Source: a virus. From it: DNA of 64,000 bases. Below are positions 18,589 through 29,060 of this stretch, in pieces (within the stretch, counting starts at the first letter, position 1; every line of letters begins with the position of its first letter). The translations under genes were made by a program, and so were the position numbers. A model generated the notes under the pieces. The model made no database searches, was not told the origin of the DNA, and saw only the letters and a program-made list of their open reading frames with translations. The stretch covers positions 22,046 through 86,045 of the IMG/VR virus record IMGVR_UViG_3300028029_000007. One strand, written 5' to 3'.

Positions 18589-21500
18589 TCATTTTATATA
18601 GTTTATATCAACCTTTGCATTTGCGGGTTTAAGGGCATAAATCATTGCTTCAAGCATGGACTGAACCTTTTTTGAATCTTCCACTATGCAGAAAGAATCT
18701 ATGACATTAATAGTAAAGTTGAAAATACCGAACTCAGAATCTCTTAATATAGCGAAATCTTGTACTTCCAGGATAACTCTGTCGAAATCTAGAAGCATAG
18801 TCGTATACGCATTTTCTATTACTGGAAATATACATTCAGGATTTGTGCTAAAATTAACATCTATTGCCTGTCCCGCAATGACCAAGGAGTTCAATGACTT
18901 ATTGGATAGTCTGAAGTTGTCAATTCTTGCATGTGCAGGGAAAGAGCCTGTAAAATCTTGTCCAATATGAAATCTTGTAATCAAATCCTTGAAATCTATG
19001 TTAGCTACAAGTATCTGATCCGTTACTCCTGACCTGGTAGCGCCGAAGTTAACCCCATCTCCGAACACTATATTGTCACCGAATCTAATAGATCCATGTT
19101 CTTCACCATCAATAAATAGCCTAATTTCATCTAGATTATTAATTGAATTGAATTTAAATGTTGTTTTTACTCTATGCCAGGTATCACGAGCCCAGAATAT
19201 TGGTTGACGAACCTGGAAAAGCTCCCCTCCAGCTATAACATTGAATGAAATAAATCCCTCCGAGTCTTTAAGGATGGTTATCCTATCTCCCTGGACGCCT
19301 GATGGGATATAAGTAATCACCACTGGGGTCTGCTGGAATGGTAGAGCAGAGCCAAGAGAAACCGTCTGGAAGTCATCCTCAAGTATCCCACCAATGAAGT
19401 AATCGGTTCCAGTCTTCTCCACATCGGTTTCTAAGCGTACTGAAAGAATCTCTGAAGCTCTGCCAAGAATCTTAACAGAACCCTTTGTGATTGAGGTAAC
19501 TTCATCGGCAACAGATGCAGATCCGTCGAAGTAAATTTCCGGAACAGGGTTATTGTAGGTATCAAACATTGGTGATACCCAGAACTCAATGGTTCCCTCA
19601 GACTCGGTAGTTAGCCTGTTTTTATTATCAAAAGATATCCCGGAGTTATCAAAACAAATTGACTGCCCGAAATTATCATTCACAGAAGATGATGACTGTA
19701 GGAAAGATCTGTTTGCATATGTAAAGTAATCAGCATCATTTTCTAATGGGAAATCATCGAGATGTAGCAGAACTAATGTTTGATTATTCTTAACGAAAGG
19801 ACGAATCTTCGCCGCTCCAGTCGTGATTGATTCAGAGTTAATTCCAATAGTCTCGCCAACTCTAGTATCAGTAAGCTGAGTTGAGAGAATTCGGAACTCA
19901 TCGATTACAGCCTTTGCCTGATTCTTTCCTCTAAAATCAGAACCGAGATGTGCGGTGCTCTTGGAAAGAGGAGCGAATGGAACCTCTAAGAAAGTAGAAA
20001 AATCAAACTCGTAGAATCCTTGGGGAAGTTCATACGCAACGTTTGCCGTTCCAGCTTGCTCCATGAAGAAATATCCATTTTGGAATCCTGAACGTCCAAT
20101 GGTAATGTTAAATGTTTTGTACACACCATCAGTAAACGCTGAGCCCGTCGCCACATTTAATCTAACAGTATTGTTATTAATTTTCTCAACAATAGTATAG
20201 TTACCAGCAACTGGAAGTGGGGATTCGATAACTAGTACATTTCCAACTTCAGACGCCGGGAAGAAACCATTAAAATCTGAAACAATATCTGAACCATCAC
20301 CCTGTAGCACAATACCGGACTGTGTTTGATATCCAAATCGAATGACTGGATAAAGGTTATTTCCGTTTGGTACGGTTACAGAATACGCTTCTTTAATCTC
20401 AACACCAGCGCCAGATCTTGACGTGGTTATTGGAGTACTAACAACGTACCCATCCTCAACATCAAGCCACTTATTTACAGTGATTTGCTTTCCAGGAGCT
20501 GAGAATGATAGAACTTCTGTTGGGCCACCATCCGAAGAGCCAGAAAGAGTAATGGTTGTTGGTGTACTAAAATCAACATTACCACCTGCAACTCTCACCT
20601 CCAATTGGCGACCTTCTATAGTATTAGAAGTATTAGCTGGCTTGAGTGTAAGCTCAAAGTTTCCAGCATTAATAACTGAGTTCGTTGGATTGAGGACTAT
20701 GTAGGGCTGGATTACAGACCTGATTGATGCCTCATCAAGGTTAATTGGTGGTGGTAACTGGGTTTTTAAAACAGCCTGATCGCTCCATAAGTAAACTTTT
20801 TCTCTGCATCTTCTATGATTCAATCCGAGAGTTCTTATTAGAACCTGTGACCCGGCAGTGGCGTTTCCGAGTACTGTAAGAACATTCTGATTCAATGCAT
20901 TCTTTGAAATTTCATATCCAGGAATGACAGCTCTAAGTCCGGGAATTTCAATCTCTACGCCTGCAAGCAGTGTTGATACAGCAATGTTTTTATAAATATC
21001 AACTTCGGATGATACAACTACAGAGTAAGGGTTAACCGTAAACCTTGCATCCGGAAGTGTTGCAGGCATGTTAGCATCCAACGTTAGCGTTGAACCATTT
21101 ACAACCAGTACTGTGTATGCACTAAAATTAAGCTCTTGAATCTGAATTGAGTCGCCAGGAACAATTCCTTCCACACCAAAATCAACACCAAGCCCAATAA
21201 CGTCGGGAGAACCAATTGTTGTTGCCATTATTCCAGTAACAGCATTCTTGGGAACAACTCCGGCAACAACCTCTGGCTGTACCGTTCTAAATCTATTTGT
21301 AGAAACAGCAGATGGAACTCCTCCATACCTAATTATATTAGGAACTTCCTGACCATCAACAAAGATGTGCATCTCATCTCTTCTATCTTTCGTGTTTAAC
21401 TTCCAGGATATGCCAAGTGTATGCTCCTCTCCAGTTTTCCATGATTGGATATCAGCGGAAACTACGTATCTTGACCGCCTATTGGGGTCTAACGCATATC

Positions 21501-24500
21501 CCCCACCCCTATCCCAAACGGCAAAATTCAAATATCCCTTTCCATCCTTGTAGAGTGAGAATCTATTCCTTGACTCACCTTCAGCAAAATCAAAGAAATA
21601 ATGAAGCGAATCTGCCATGAATGACAGGCCATCAAATGAGAAGCCAGGAACATACCCGTCTCCAGTAGTGTATCCATCGGGGGAGTATCCATCGTTTGAA
21701 TTGATATTAAATACAAATTTAATTTTTTCCTGGTCTGACCTGATAATATCATCAATATCAGAAATGCCAGGTATACCTGCAACGTCGTACACTTCTCCAG
21801 AAGAAATTATATCTCCAGAATAAACATATCCATCGGAAAGAACTGTATGGTCTTTAGCTATAACGCTCCATCTCTTAATATCTTCATTGTAATAAATAAA
21901 GATTCCAGTTTTAGTGTACACTGCCGATGGAAGGCCGACAGGTGACGGATTGTCAAACCTAGAAACTTCAAAGGTTCCTTCCGGAGATAGTTCTGGGTTA
22001 AAAGAAGATGCTCCAATAAATATTTGATCAGATGGAAGTGCATATCCATCCTTGGTAAGGCCTACAAATGTCACAACAGCATCATTATCAAGACCATCCC
22101 ATTCTGGAATTACAGTAAGCTCCATTGTGCCTTCATTTAAACCGAAGTTGGACGATACTGGGAAGTAGATGTAATCACCCTCTCTGGTTGGAAGGTATCC
22201 CCCATCAAACTTTCCTGATACAAGGGTTCTATTTACGGTTGGAGTTCCCGAAAACTCATTAGGATCATTTGGATTATCTCTGGATGGCTCATCCCGTGGG
22301 CAGTTAAGCTTGAATTCATTCTGGAACATTGGAGTAATACCCAATGACCAATACTGAAAAGCAGCTTCGATGATTTGAGGCTGAATCTTTGTAATCTCTG
22401 CAACCATATCCTTCATGGAAGGATTTGTTGGGCCCCTTGTGAATGACTGTAATGAGCCGATGAGAGCATCTCTGTAGCGCTCTCTATCAAGGTCAACATC
22501 AAAAGTGTTGAGTTCTGGTATATCTATTAATGAGCCAAAGTTTGCTAGGAGAGAGTCCCTTAGTGCTCCTACCCTATAGTTAACATAGTATATCTCACCG
22601 GAATCAATTGTCGTTGACTCTCTAAAATCTATTACATTGTCTCCGTACTCATATGAAACAAGAATCTCATCTGCTAAGTACGTATAGTTTATGAAGTGCT
22701 CACCCCTATCGTAATCAACAATAGGAGTAGCTGATGCATTCAGGGTCACCGTATGAATTACGTCTACAACATCTCCAACAACAGCTCCTGAAGTTACTGA
22801 TAAGGTAATTACATTTCCAGATACTGTCTGGTATCCGTCAAGGAGCTGCTGAAAATCAGTTTCCCTAACAATTGATGATACAGTATTCAACGAAATACCG
22901 GAAGATCCGGTACTAATGGTTACCGTTAGACCAGCCCCAACAGTAATTCCCGTATCTAGGGTCTGAACACCTTCAGAATCTAAAGTGATAATATTGGCTG
23001 ATGATGTTGATGCTGGACCAAAATCAAGAGGATCAGCGTTAGTATTTAGATCAAAATTGTCGAAAATGTGTCGAACAGTTTTGATATCATCGGTTACCGT
23101 TATGGTCCCACTAGACACCAGGTACGGAAGTGAAGAGTCCCCGTTCAAATATCTCTCATCTGATACGTCAAATACGGATGGAAAAATTGCGCCGTCTTCA
23201 AAGCTAGAATAGTTTAGCTTCTTTGAAATTCCAATAGCAGGATTGATTGAATAAAAAATCTCGGATACAGCTAAAACATGAGGGTTTTTAGGTTCTATAA
23301 CTGGCTTTCTATATGTAATAGTACCAAGGGAAAAGTCTTGAGCAGGAGTTACTCCAACAAATACGTTTCCATTTCTATAGTCTATTAAATAATCCCCAAC
23401 ACTGAGCTTGTTAATATTGGCAAGCTCTCCAATTACCTGGCCCTCATAGAACAGTTCGTTTCCAAAAATATCATTTCTTGAAAGTACAACGGATGTGTTG
23501 TATGAAGATCCAATTACATCTTCCGATGCAGACATGATCTTGTCGTTCAGTAAATCTATCCTAAACACTCTTGTGCCAGGAACATTTGTGAGTTCAGAAT
23601 TAAATATTAATTGCTCACTTGCTTGAAATTCAAAAACAGATCTTTCGAACTCTGCACTCTGAACGTTAGGAGGATTTGTTGCTGAAAAAACAATCTTGTC
23701 ATTTACAAATCTATTTATTCGATAAATCTCACCAGAAGTCTCATTGTAAATTCTAAATACATTAGTTATTGGAGAATTCGAAATTCTAAGAGTGTTCCCG
23801 GAAATAAGTTTATTACCAATTCTCTCATTAAGAGATTCTGCATGTATTCCAGTTTTATAATCGATACCCTCAACAAGAGTCTCTTCAAACAGGAATGTAA
23901 TGCGCGCACTCTGCCCAACAAGGTCTCTTAGGGGAGACGCTACAAGCTCACGGGTCTCATCCCTATAAGTGTAATCCAAATCCCTTCTAAAGGTGAATCT
24001 ATAAGAATAGGTGGCTGCTGGAGGGAATACTCCGGACCCATCATTCTCAACTGCCCCATAAACAAATACGTTCCCGGTTTCATAATCAATAGAATACTCT
24101 CCAGGATTCCTTGGAAGAGCATCAACTCTAAATGGAAGTTCGGAGGTGAATGCTGGGTGAGTTGTTTTGAATGGAGTCTCTGAGTTTGGATCTAGAAACT
24201 GTACTCCACCAATTGTTGAAATCACATCGGACTGGCTAACAATTGGAGCGTTAGATAGTGTAAACGCTGTGGTTAGTGGAGGAGTTGGTTCCCTAACATT
24301 GTTTACCACCTTAGAGACTGCTACAGAGTCATCATTAATAACTCTTCCAATGGATTTAAACCCATAGCTTACAGATACAAAATCTCCAGACTGAGGAACC
24401 TTGAATCCAGTTTCATTTAAAACCTCTTCGCTTAATTTAACCTGATTATCTTCAAGGCTTAATAGAGTTGAAGCAAAAGCAGTATCATATTTTGGCTCAT

Positions 24501-25323
24501 TTATCTGATACCCAAACGATCTAATGTCGTAATCAAACGTTGTGCCATCCTGGTATAGAATGGAAACGGAGTTTAATTTTGTAACTGGGAATGAATTGAG
24601 ATTTAAAATAAATTGATCAAATGTTCCGGGACCAAATCCAGCAGTAAGTCTCTCATCGGAAATTTCCCTCTGTTGAAGAGTAACAATATCAGATGGGAAA
24701 GATGCGAATGGTAGAGAGCCCTGTAACTCCTGGTTTTCAGGGGTTAAACCAACCCTTGATACCGTGAATGCACCTTCTTCGGATAACCTATCGAAAGGTC
24801 CGTAAGAACGCTGCTTACGTTCATCTGTTACGAAGAACCCAAGATAGTTGTCATTCTTGGACTGTCTAATATCATATGTTGCTCTCAAGAACCCATTTGA
24901 AAGTTCGTTGAAAATATCCCTGATTAGAGTTCCCCTTTCCGCAGTATATGGTTGACCAGCCAAATACATAACCAGATTGTCTCTAATATAGTTAGATGCA
25001 TTTTCTGCGCCGAGAACTTTTCTTACATTTCCAACGCCATCTTGGGGTAGGAAATCTGTCCCATCCTCTGAATTAAATGGAACTCCAGGAACAGATCTGA
25101 ATGTTATATTGTATTTAACATATGGAGTCTGTGGGAGTGTTGTAATTATTAGTATGTTACCAGAAACGATAGCAGAGCGCACCAATGCATCAGGAGTGGA
25201 TTCCTGATCCCCTTCCACCACTACATTTTGAGCATTAATATTTATATTAAGGTTGCTTGAAAACTTTGCCTTAATAGTTCTAGAATCTGCTGCGTTTACT
25301 CCTATTAGTCTTATATTTGCCAT
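18589..25323 (-). CDS. Very large baseplate wedge protein (gpI/gp7-like) with LamG/concanavalin-like domains
   Basis: ERYRDALIGSLQSFTRGPT and terminal ALKPANAKVDINY are gpI-like; GTIEFWV, WHRV, LFIDGE and IDNFRLS are LamG motifs; directly after the J-like gene; 7 DGY. Confidence 0.7.
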   Translation of the reverse strand: MANIRLIGVNAADSRTIKAKFSSNLNININAQNVVVEGDQESTPDALVRSAIVSGNILIITTLPQTPYVKYNITFRSVPGVPFNSEDGTDFLPQDGVGNVRKVLGAENASNYIRDNLVMYLAGQPYTAERGTLIRDIFNELSNGFLRATYDIRQSKNDNYLGFFVTDERKQRSYGPFDRLSEEGAFTVSRVGLTPENQELQGSLPFASFPSDIVTLQQREISDERLTAGFGPGTFDQFILNLNSFPVTKLNSVSILYQDGTTFDYDIRSFGYQINEPKYDTAFASTLLSLEDNQVKLSEEVLNETGFKVPQSGDFVSVSYGFKSIGRVINDDSVAVSKVVNNVREPTPPLTTAFTLSNAPIVSQSDVISTIGGVQFLDPNSETPFKTTHPAFTSELPFRVDALPRNPGEYSIDYETGNVFVYGAVENDGSGVFPPAATYSYRFTFRRDLDYTYRDETRELVASPLRDLVGQSARITFLFEETLVEGIDYKTGIHAESLNERIGNKLISGNTLRISNSPITNVFRIYNETSGEIYRINRFVNDKIVFSATNPPNVQSAEFERSVFEFQASEQLIFNSELTNVPGTRVFRIDLLNDKIMSASEDVIGSSYNTSVVLSRNDIFGNELFYEGQVIGELANINKLSVGDYLIDYRNGNVFVGVTPAQDFSLGTITYRKPVIEPKNPHVLAVSEIFYSINPAIGISKKLNYSSFEDGAIFPSVFDVSDERYLNGDSSLPYLVSSGTITVTDDIKTVRHIFDNFDLNTNADPLDFGPASTSSANIITLDSEGVQTLDTGITVGAGLTVTISTGSSGISLNTVSSIVRETDFQQLLDGYQTVSGNVITLSVTSGAVVGDVVDVIHTVTLNASATPIVDYDRGEHFINYTYLADEILVSYEYGDNVIDFRESTTIDSGEIYYVNYRVGALRDSLLANFGSLIDIPELNTFDVDLDRERYRDALIGSLQSFTRGPTNPSMKDMVAEITKIQPQIIEAAFQYWSLGITPMFQNEFKLNCPRDEPSRDNPNDPNEFSGTPTVNRTLVSGKFDGGYLPTREGDYIYFPVSSNFGLNEGTMELTVIPEWDGLDNDAVVTFVGLTKDGYALPSDQIFIGASSFNPELSPEGTFEVSRFDNPSPVGLPSAVYTKTGIFIYYNEDIKRWSVIAKDHTVLSDGYVYSGDIISSGEVYDVAGIPGISDIDDIIRSDQEKIKFVFNINSNDGYSPDGYTTGDGYVPGFSFDGLSFMADSLHYFFDFAEGESRNRFSLYKDGKGYLNFAVWDRGGGYALDPNRRSRYVVSADIQSWKTGEEHTLGISWKLNTKDRRDEMHIFVDGQEVPNIIRYGGVPSAVSTNRFRTVQPEVVAGVVPKNAVTGIMATTIGSPDVIGLGVDFGVEGIVPGDSIQIQELNFSAYTVLVVNGSTLTLDANMPATLPDARFTVNPYSVVVSSEVDIYKNIAVSTLLAGVEIEIPGLRAVIPGYEISKNALNQNVLTVLGNATAGSQVLIRTLGLNHRRCREKVYLWSDQAVLKTQLPPPINLDEASIRSVIQPYIVLNPTNSVINAGNFELTLKPANTSNTIEGRQLEVRVAGGNVDFSTPTTITLSGSSDGGPTEVLSFSAPGKQITVNKWLDVEDGYVVSTPITTSRSGAGVEIKEAYSVTVPNGNNLYPVIRFGYQTQSGIVLQGDGSDIVSDFNGFFPASEVGNVLVIESPLPVAGNYTIVEKINNNTVRLNVATGSAFTDGVYKTFNITIGRSGFQNGYFFMEQAGTANVAYELPQGFYEFDFSTFLEVPFAPLSKSTAHLGSDFRGKNQAKAVIDEFRILSTQLTDTRVGETIGINSESITTGAAKIRPFVKNNQTLVLLHLDDFPLENDADYFTYANRSFLQSSSSVNDNFGQSICFDNSGISFDNKNRLTTESEGTIEFWVSPMFDTYNNPVPEIYFDGSASVADEVTSITKGSVKILGRASEILSVRLETDVEKTGTDYFIGGILEDDFQTVSLGSALPFQQTPVVITYIPSGVQGDRITILKDSEGFISFNVIAGGELFQVRQPIFWARDTWHRVKTTFKFNSINNLDEIRLFIDGEEHGSIRFGDNIVFGDGVNFGATRSGVTDQILVANIDFKDLITRFHIGQDFTGSFPAHARIDNFRLSNKSLNSLVIAGQAIDVNFSTNPECIFPVIENAYTTMLLDFDRVILEVQDFAILRDSEFGIFNFTINVIDSFCIVEDSKKVQSMLEAMIYALKPANAKVDINYIK

Positions 25324-28300
25324 TACCTGGTCTCAATGTCGATTGTTACGGTTCCTGCCTGGGTGAATTCATTTTTGTCAGCACTAATGCTTAACACTCT
25401 GCCAGCTTCATCTTCCACATTAAAAGCGATAGACCTAACCCTATCGACACCATTCACTGTATAACATACTCTAACAAGGTCAGATTCATCTATTGTCGTT
25501 CCAAGGGATGTTGCATTAAGAGCTGAAGTAAGCACATCCTGAACGTTCTGCTGGACAATTGTAGATGAGTTCTCAAATCCAGATGTAACAACGATTGCAA
25601 ACTGAACATCAATAACGGTTGATGTGCCTGATTTAACTAATACGTCAGCAGAAATCGGCCTTGTGTCTTCTATGTTAAGTGTAGCGTCTCCAATTACAGA
25701 GTTTTTGTTATACCTTATAGAAATCCTCTCATTAGATTTCGGAGCTATGTAGTCATACGCAACTGAGTATCTACCGCCAGACGATGGCTGATTTAAATTG
25801 TTTACAGTTAATGTTGCTGACTGTGATGGGCCAGATGTGAATCCAGAAGAGATACCGATTGAATTAATGATTGAAAATGTTTTCTGTGTTGATAATTTTC
25901 CTGACTTGGAGAATGAAACATTCTCAGTATCAGATGTACTTCCAATAAAGAACGTTACCCTTAGGTTGTCACCAAGATTTGGCTCATTAGTAATGTTATC
26001 AGGTGTACTCGGTATGGTAAACTCAGTGCTTGATAGGTCAGTGTCCTGAATTGATCCAGCAATATCGAAAGAGTTATCCTCAATTTTATAACCCTTAATG
26101 TCATATGTATTCTCAACAGCTAAAACATTAAGTAAATCATTTGTCTGCACCTTTTCAACGGAGGTTACCCTGGTAACACTAATGTTTGATGGAACAGAAT
26201 CTATAGACGATAGATTTAACGCATTTTTTATTAATGAAGATAAATTATGAGTTAATCCATCGTTCGCCGCAGTAAATACTACCGAAGCAATCTTGGTTGA
26301 AGACTGTCCAGACACGGTAAGTGTTCCTGGTGAAATCTGTCCAGAAATTGTTAGCCGTAATCTGGAGGGGGCCTTTCTTAGGTTTTGCACTATAGCGCCA
26401 CCGGAGAATATATGAGTCGTTGGCTGCGTTCCGATAAATGCAGCTGTATTTGTTACGAATCCATTTCCATTTCTAAGAGCTGGAAGTAATGGGAGCAGAG
26501 TCTGTGTAAGTAGAGTTCTGATGCTGGATATGTAAGAAACCTCAACTATAGTTCCAGCTATCACTGTTGTGTTTGATGGAAGAGTAATTGAATTGTTATT
26601 AAACGAACCGGTTACAGAATCCACTGTAAATGTATCTTCAGCATTGTACGTTACGGAAACTGGGTCTCCAACCTCAGCAACAGTATCTGTCGGAAAGAAT
26701 ACAGTAAGCCCGGAGAATGATCCATCATCCTTAGATGTATCGAAAAGTTCTGCTTGGTCCGTTGTTCTTAGTACAGAAACAACGTTTGTAACTGCTTGGG
26801 AAACAACAACTCCTAGACGGCCAGATATCAAAACAACAATTGAGGCATCTTCAACAAATGTGTTTACATTAATTACCGATGATATTGGATGTGTAACTTC
26901 CACAGTCAAAAGTGAACCAGTAGCTGTAACAATTGACTGTTCTCTTGTAACTGAATTTGAGAAGCCCCAATCAACAGAATCAACAACCGAGCGTGGATTT
27001 TCATTTGTTAACCTGTTATCAAAGTCAACATCTGAATCGAAATCAAATATCCAAGTATAATCTAATTGTAGTGTATCTGAAATGGCTGGCAGAGTGTTAC
27101 CGGAAATGGTAATTCTTCCAGTTTCATTTATAGAACCAGAGCCATCTGGGTTCTGGGCTGTAATAACATACCGCTCACCGGTTGTAAGGTTAAATACCCT
27201 AGTTACAGCGGTTATTGGCTGATGTGATAGCTGAATGGAAGTTCTGTCGGAAGAAGACACGACTGAGTTCTCATTGATAACCTGGACGTTCTGTGTCGTA
27301 GTACCAATTCTTGATACATCTGGATATGTTAAAGGATCCTGACCGTTAAAACGTCCCTTTGTCTGCTCTTCGGAAAAGTCCCTAATTGTATTGTCTATAA
27401 AATGAAGTCTATCAAACCCCCATGGAGATCCGCCAAAAGAACCGAAATCTCTGATAAGCTCATAATTTCCGGTAACAACTCCCAGTGAGTCCGTTGACCT
27501 AGCAATGAAGTTTGATCCAGATGTTGAACCCGCTACCTCAACGATGTTGTTAACGGGTTGGTCTGGTAAAACTCCAGCATCAAGATTTTCAATTCTCTTT
27601 CTCGAAACAGTCTTGTTCTCATCGCCTTCAATTTGTCCAAGTACAAAATCGTTAGATACATCTGTTGGGTCGTTCCTATTAGACTGATCTCTGTAAATGA
27701 ATGAATCCAAAATCTCTACGAAACGTACACCTTGGACATAGATATCAACCTTACCTCCAGTGCCCTCAGAAATGATTGTTCTAGTACCATCCTCATAAGT
27801 GTTTACAACCGTTCCATCACGAGTCATTAAGTCATCGCCAGGCTCAATTACAATTGCATCAATAACCTGAGCATCATTTCTAACAGCATTGGAGTATCCA
27901 AGTGCAGTTCCAGTATTTGCACCAGAGAAAATAGATAGAATTCTATTCCTGAATAACTGGTCGGATTCGGAACCTGCTCCACCAGAAAATGGAGAGGTGT
28001 TGGTAATATTTGAAACACCAGGCGTTGTTGATGTAGAGAGTGTATATTTGGAAATATTTCCAAGAATGCCGGTGGATGATGCCTCAAGTGAAACTTCTAT
28101 AGCGAACTCGTCGGTAATACCAACAAAGTCTAAGTCAAACCTAAACTTAGAAGCTGTAGCTCTGTACTGGTTAGCGTTTACTGGGGAGATATTTTGGGCC
28201 TGGGTAACTTTGAAAGAAGCGCCATTGGATGCTGAGACAATATCATCGACATTTATTGAAATGTCTGCCTCAATTTCATTGAATGTGTACAAACCTATCC

Positions 28301-28562
28301 CGGAGGATACGGATCCCTGCTTACGAACCGCCCCGAAGTTAGCTCCGGCCTTGTCCAAGTCTGTTCCTAAAGATAAACGTAAAGATTGAGCTGTGCGAAT
28401 TCGCGCAAGCTCATCATAAACGCCCTTAAGTTGAGCGCTTGGTCCATCGATAAATAAATCGCGAGCCACAGTTCCAGGTTTGGTATCCAACTGTGACTGT
28501 GCGGTTTTATAAAAATCTACAGCATTTAGGATTAATTCATCATTTGTGCGTACCCTAACCAT
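25323..28562 (-). CDS. Baseplate J-like (gp6-like) wedge protein
   Basis: PGTVARDL, GTDLDKAGANFGAVRK, GGAGSESDQLFRNRIL, GGKVDIYV and C-terminal VNGVDRV motifs. Confidence 0.88.
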   Translation of the reverse strand: MVRVRTNDELILNAVDFYKTAQSQLDTKPGTVARDLFIDGPSAQLKGVYDELARIRTAQSLRLSLGTDLDKAGANFGAVRKQGSVSSGIGLYTFNEIEADISINVDDIVSASNGASFKVTQAQNISPVNANQYRATASKFRFDLDFVGITDEFAIEVSLEASSTGILGNISKYTLSTSTTPGVSNITNTSPFSGGAGSESDQLFRNRILSIFSGANTGTALGYSNAVRNDAQVIDAIVIEPGDDLMTRDGTVVNTYEDGTRTIISEGTGGKVDIYVQGVRFVEILDSFIYRDQSNRNDPTDVSNDFVLGQIEGDENKTVSRKRIENLDAGVLPDQPVNNIVEVAGSTSGSNFIARSTDSLGVVTGNYELIRDFGSFGGSPWGFDRLHFIDNTIRDFSEEQTKGRFNGQDPLTYPDVSRIGTTTQNVQVINENSVVSSSDRTSIQLSHQPITAVTRVFNLTTGERYVITAQNPDGSGSINETGRITISGNTLPAISDTLQLDYTWIFDFDSDVDFDNRLTNENPRSVVDSVDWGFSNSVTREQSIVTATGSLLTVEVTHPISSVINVNTFVEDASIVVLISGRLGVVVSQAVTNVVSVLRTTDQAELFDTSKDDGSFSGLTVFFPTDTVAEVGDPVSVTYNAEDTFTVDSVTGSFNNNSITLPSNTTVIAGTIVEVSYISSIRTLLTQTLLPLLPALRNGNGFVTNTAAFIGTQPTTHIFSGGAIVQNLRKAPSRLRLTISGQISPGTLTVSGQSSTKIASVVFTAANDGLTHNLSSLIKNALNLSSIDSVPSNISVTRVTSVEKVQTNDLLNVLAVENTYDIKGYKIEDNSFDIAGSIQDTDLSSTEFTIPSTPDNITNEPNLGDNLRVTFFIGSTSDTENVSFSKSGKLSTQKTFSIINSIGISSGFTSGPSQSATLTVNNLNQPSSGGRYSVAYDYIAPKSNERISIRYNKNSVIGDATLNIEDTRPISADVLVKSGTSTVIDVQFAIVVTSGFENSSTIVQQNVQDVLTSALNATSLGTTIDESDLVRVCYTVNGVDRVRSIAFNVEDEAGRVLSISADKNEFTQAGTVTIDIETR

Positions 28563-28628
28563 TCAAACATCCCTTATTTTCAGTACTTTATATATCGAAG
28601 AGTTCTTAATAATGCGCCATAATGCGTA

Positions 28629-29060
28629 TTAAAGAGATACTGAAAAGGACGCTGGTACACGTCGAAAAGCCTTAGAAACAACAACTAGGTTAATATTGAA
28701 AAATCTTGGATCAATATCGTTTTGATTCACGTCAACGCTCTGAATGGCAGCAATTTGTTCTTGAGCAGTAACAACCTGGTTATTTTTCATTTGTTCAGCC
28801 TGTAAACGCTGCAGATTGGCTACACTGAACCTTAACTGAGAGTCAGCTATAGATTTGAAAAACACCTGGTCAAACGCTCTTCCAATCATAGATTGAGTAA
28901 TTGGAGATCCATATGCAGGAAAAAATGAATTTGCGCCAATCTCAGTAGTCAATATCTTAAGAAGATCCTGTGTTAATTTCTCACCATTTTCTACTGTTGC
29001 AATATCTCCATTAGATCCTATTCTAATATCGCCCTGTTCTAATTTTAAATCAAAAGACAT
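28629..29060 (-). CDS. gp25-like baseplate wedge/sheath initiator
   Basis: KLTQDLLKILTTEIGANSFFPAYGS motif, size, and position before the J-like gene. Confidence 0.8.
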   Translation of the reverse strand: MSFDLKLEQGDIRIGSNGDIATVENGEKLTQDLLKILTTEIGANSFFPAYGSPITQSMIGRAFDQVFFKSIADSQLRFSVANLQRLQAEQMKNNQVVTAQEQIAAIQSVDVNQNDIDPRFFNINLVVVSKAFRRVPASFSVSL

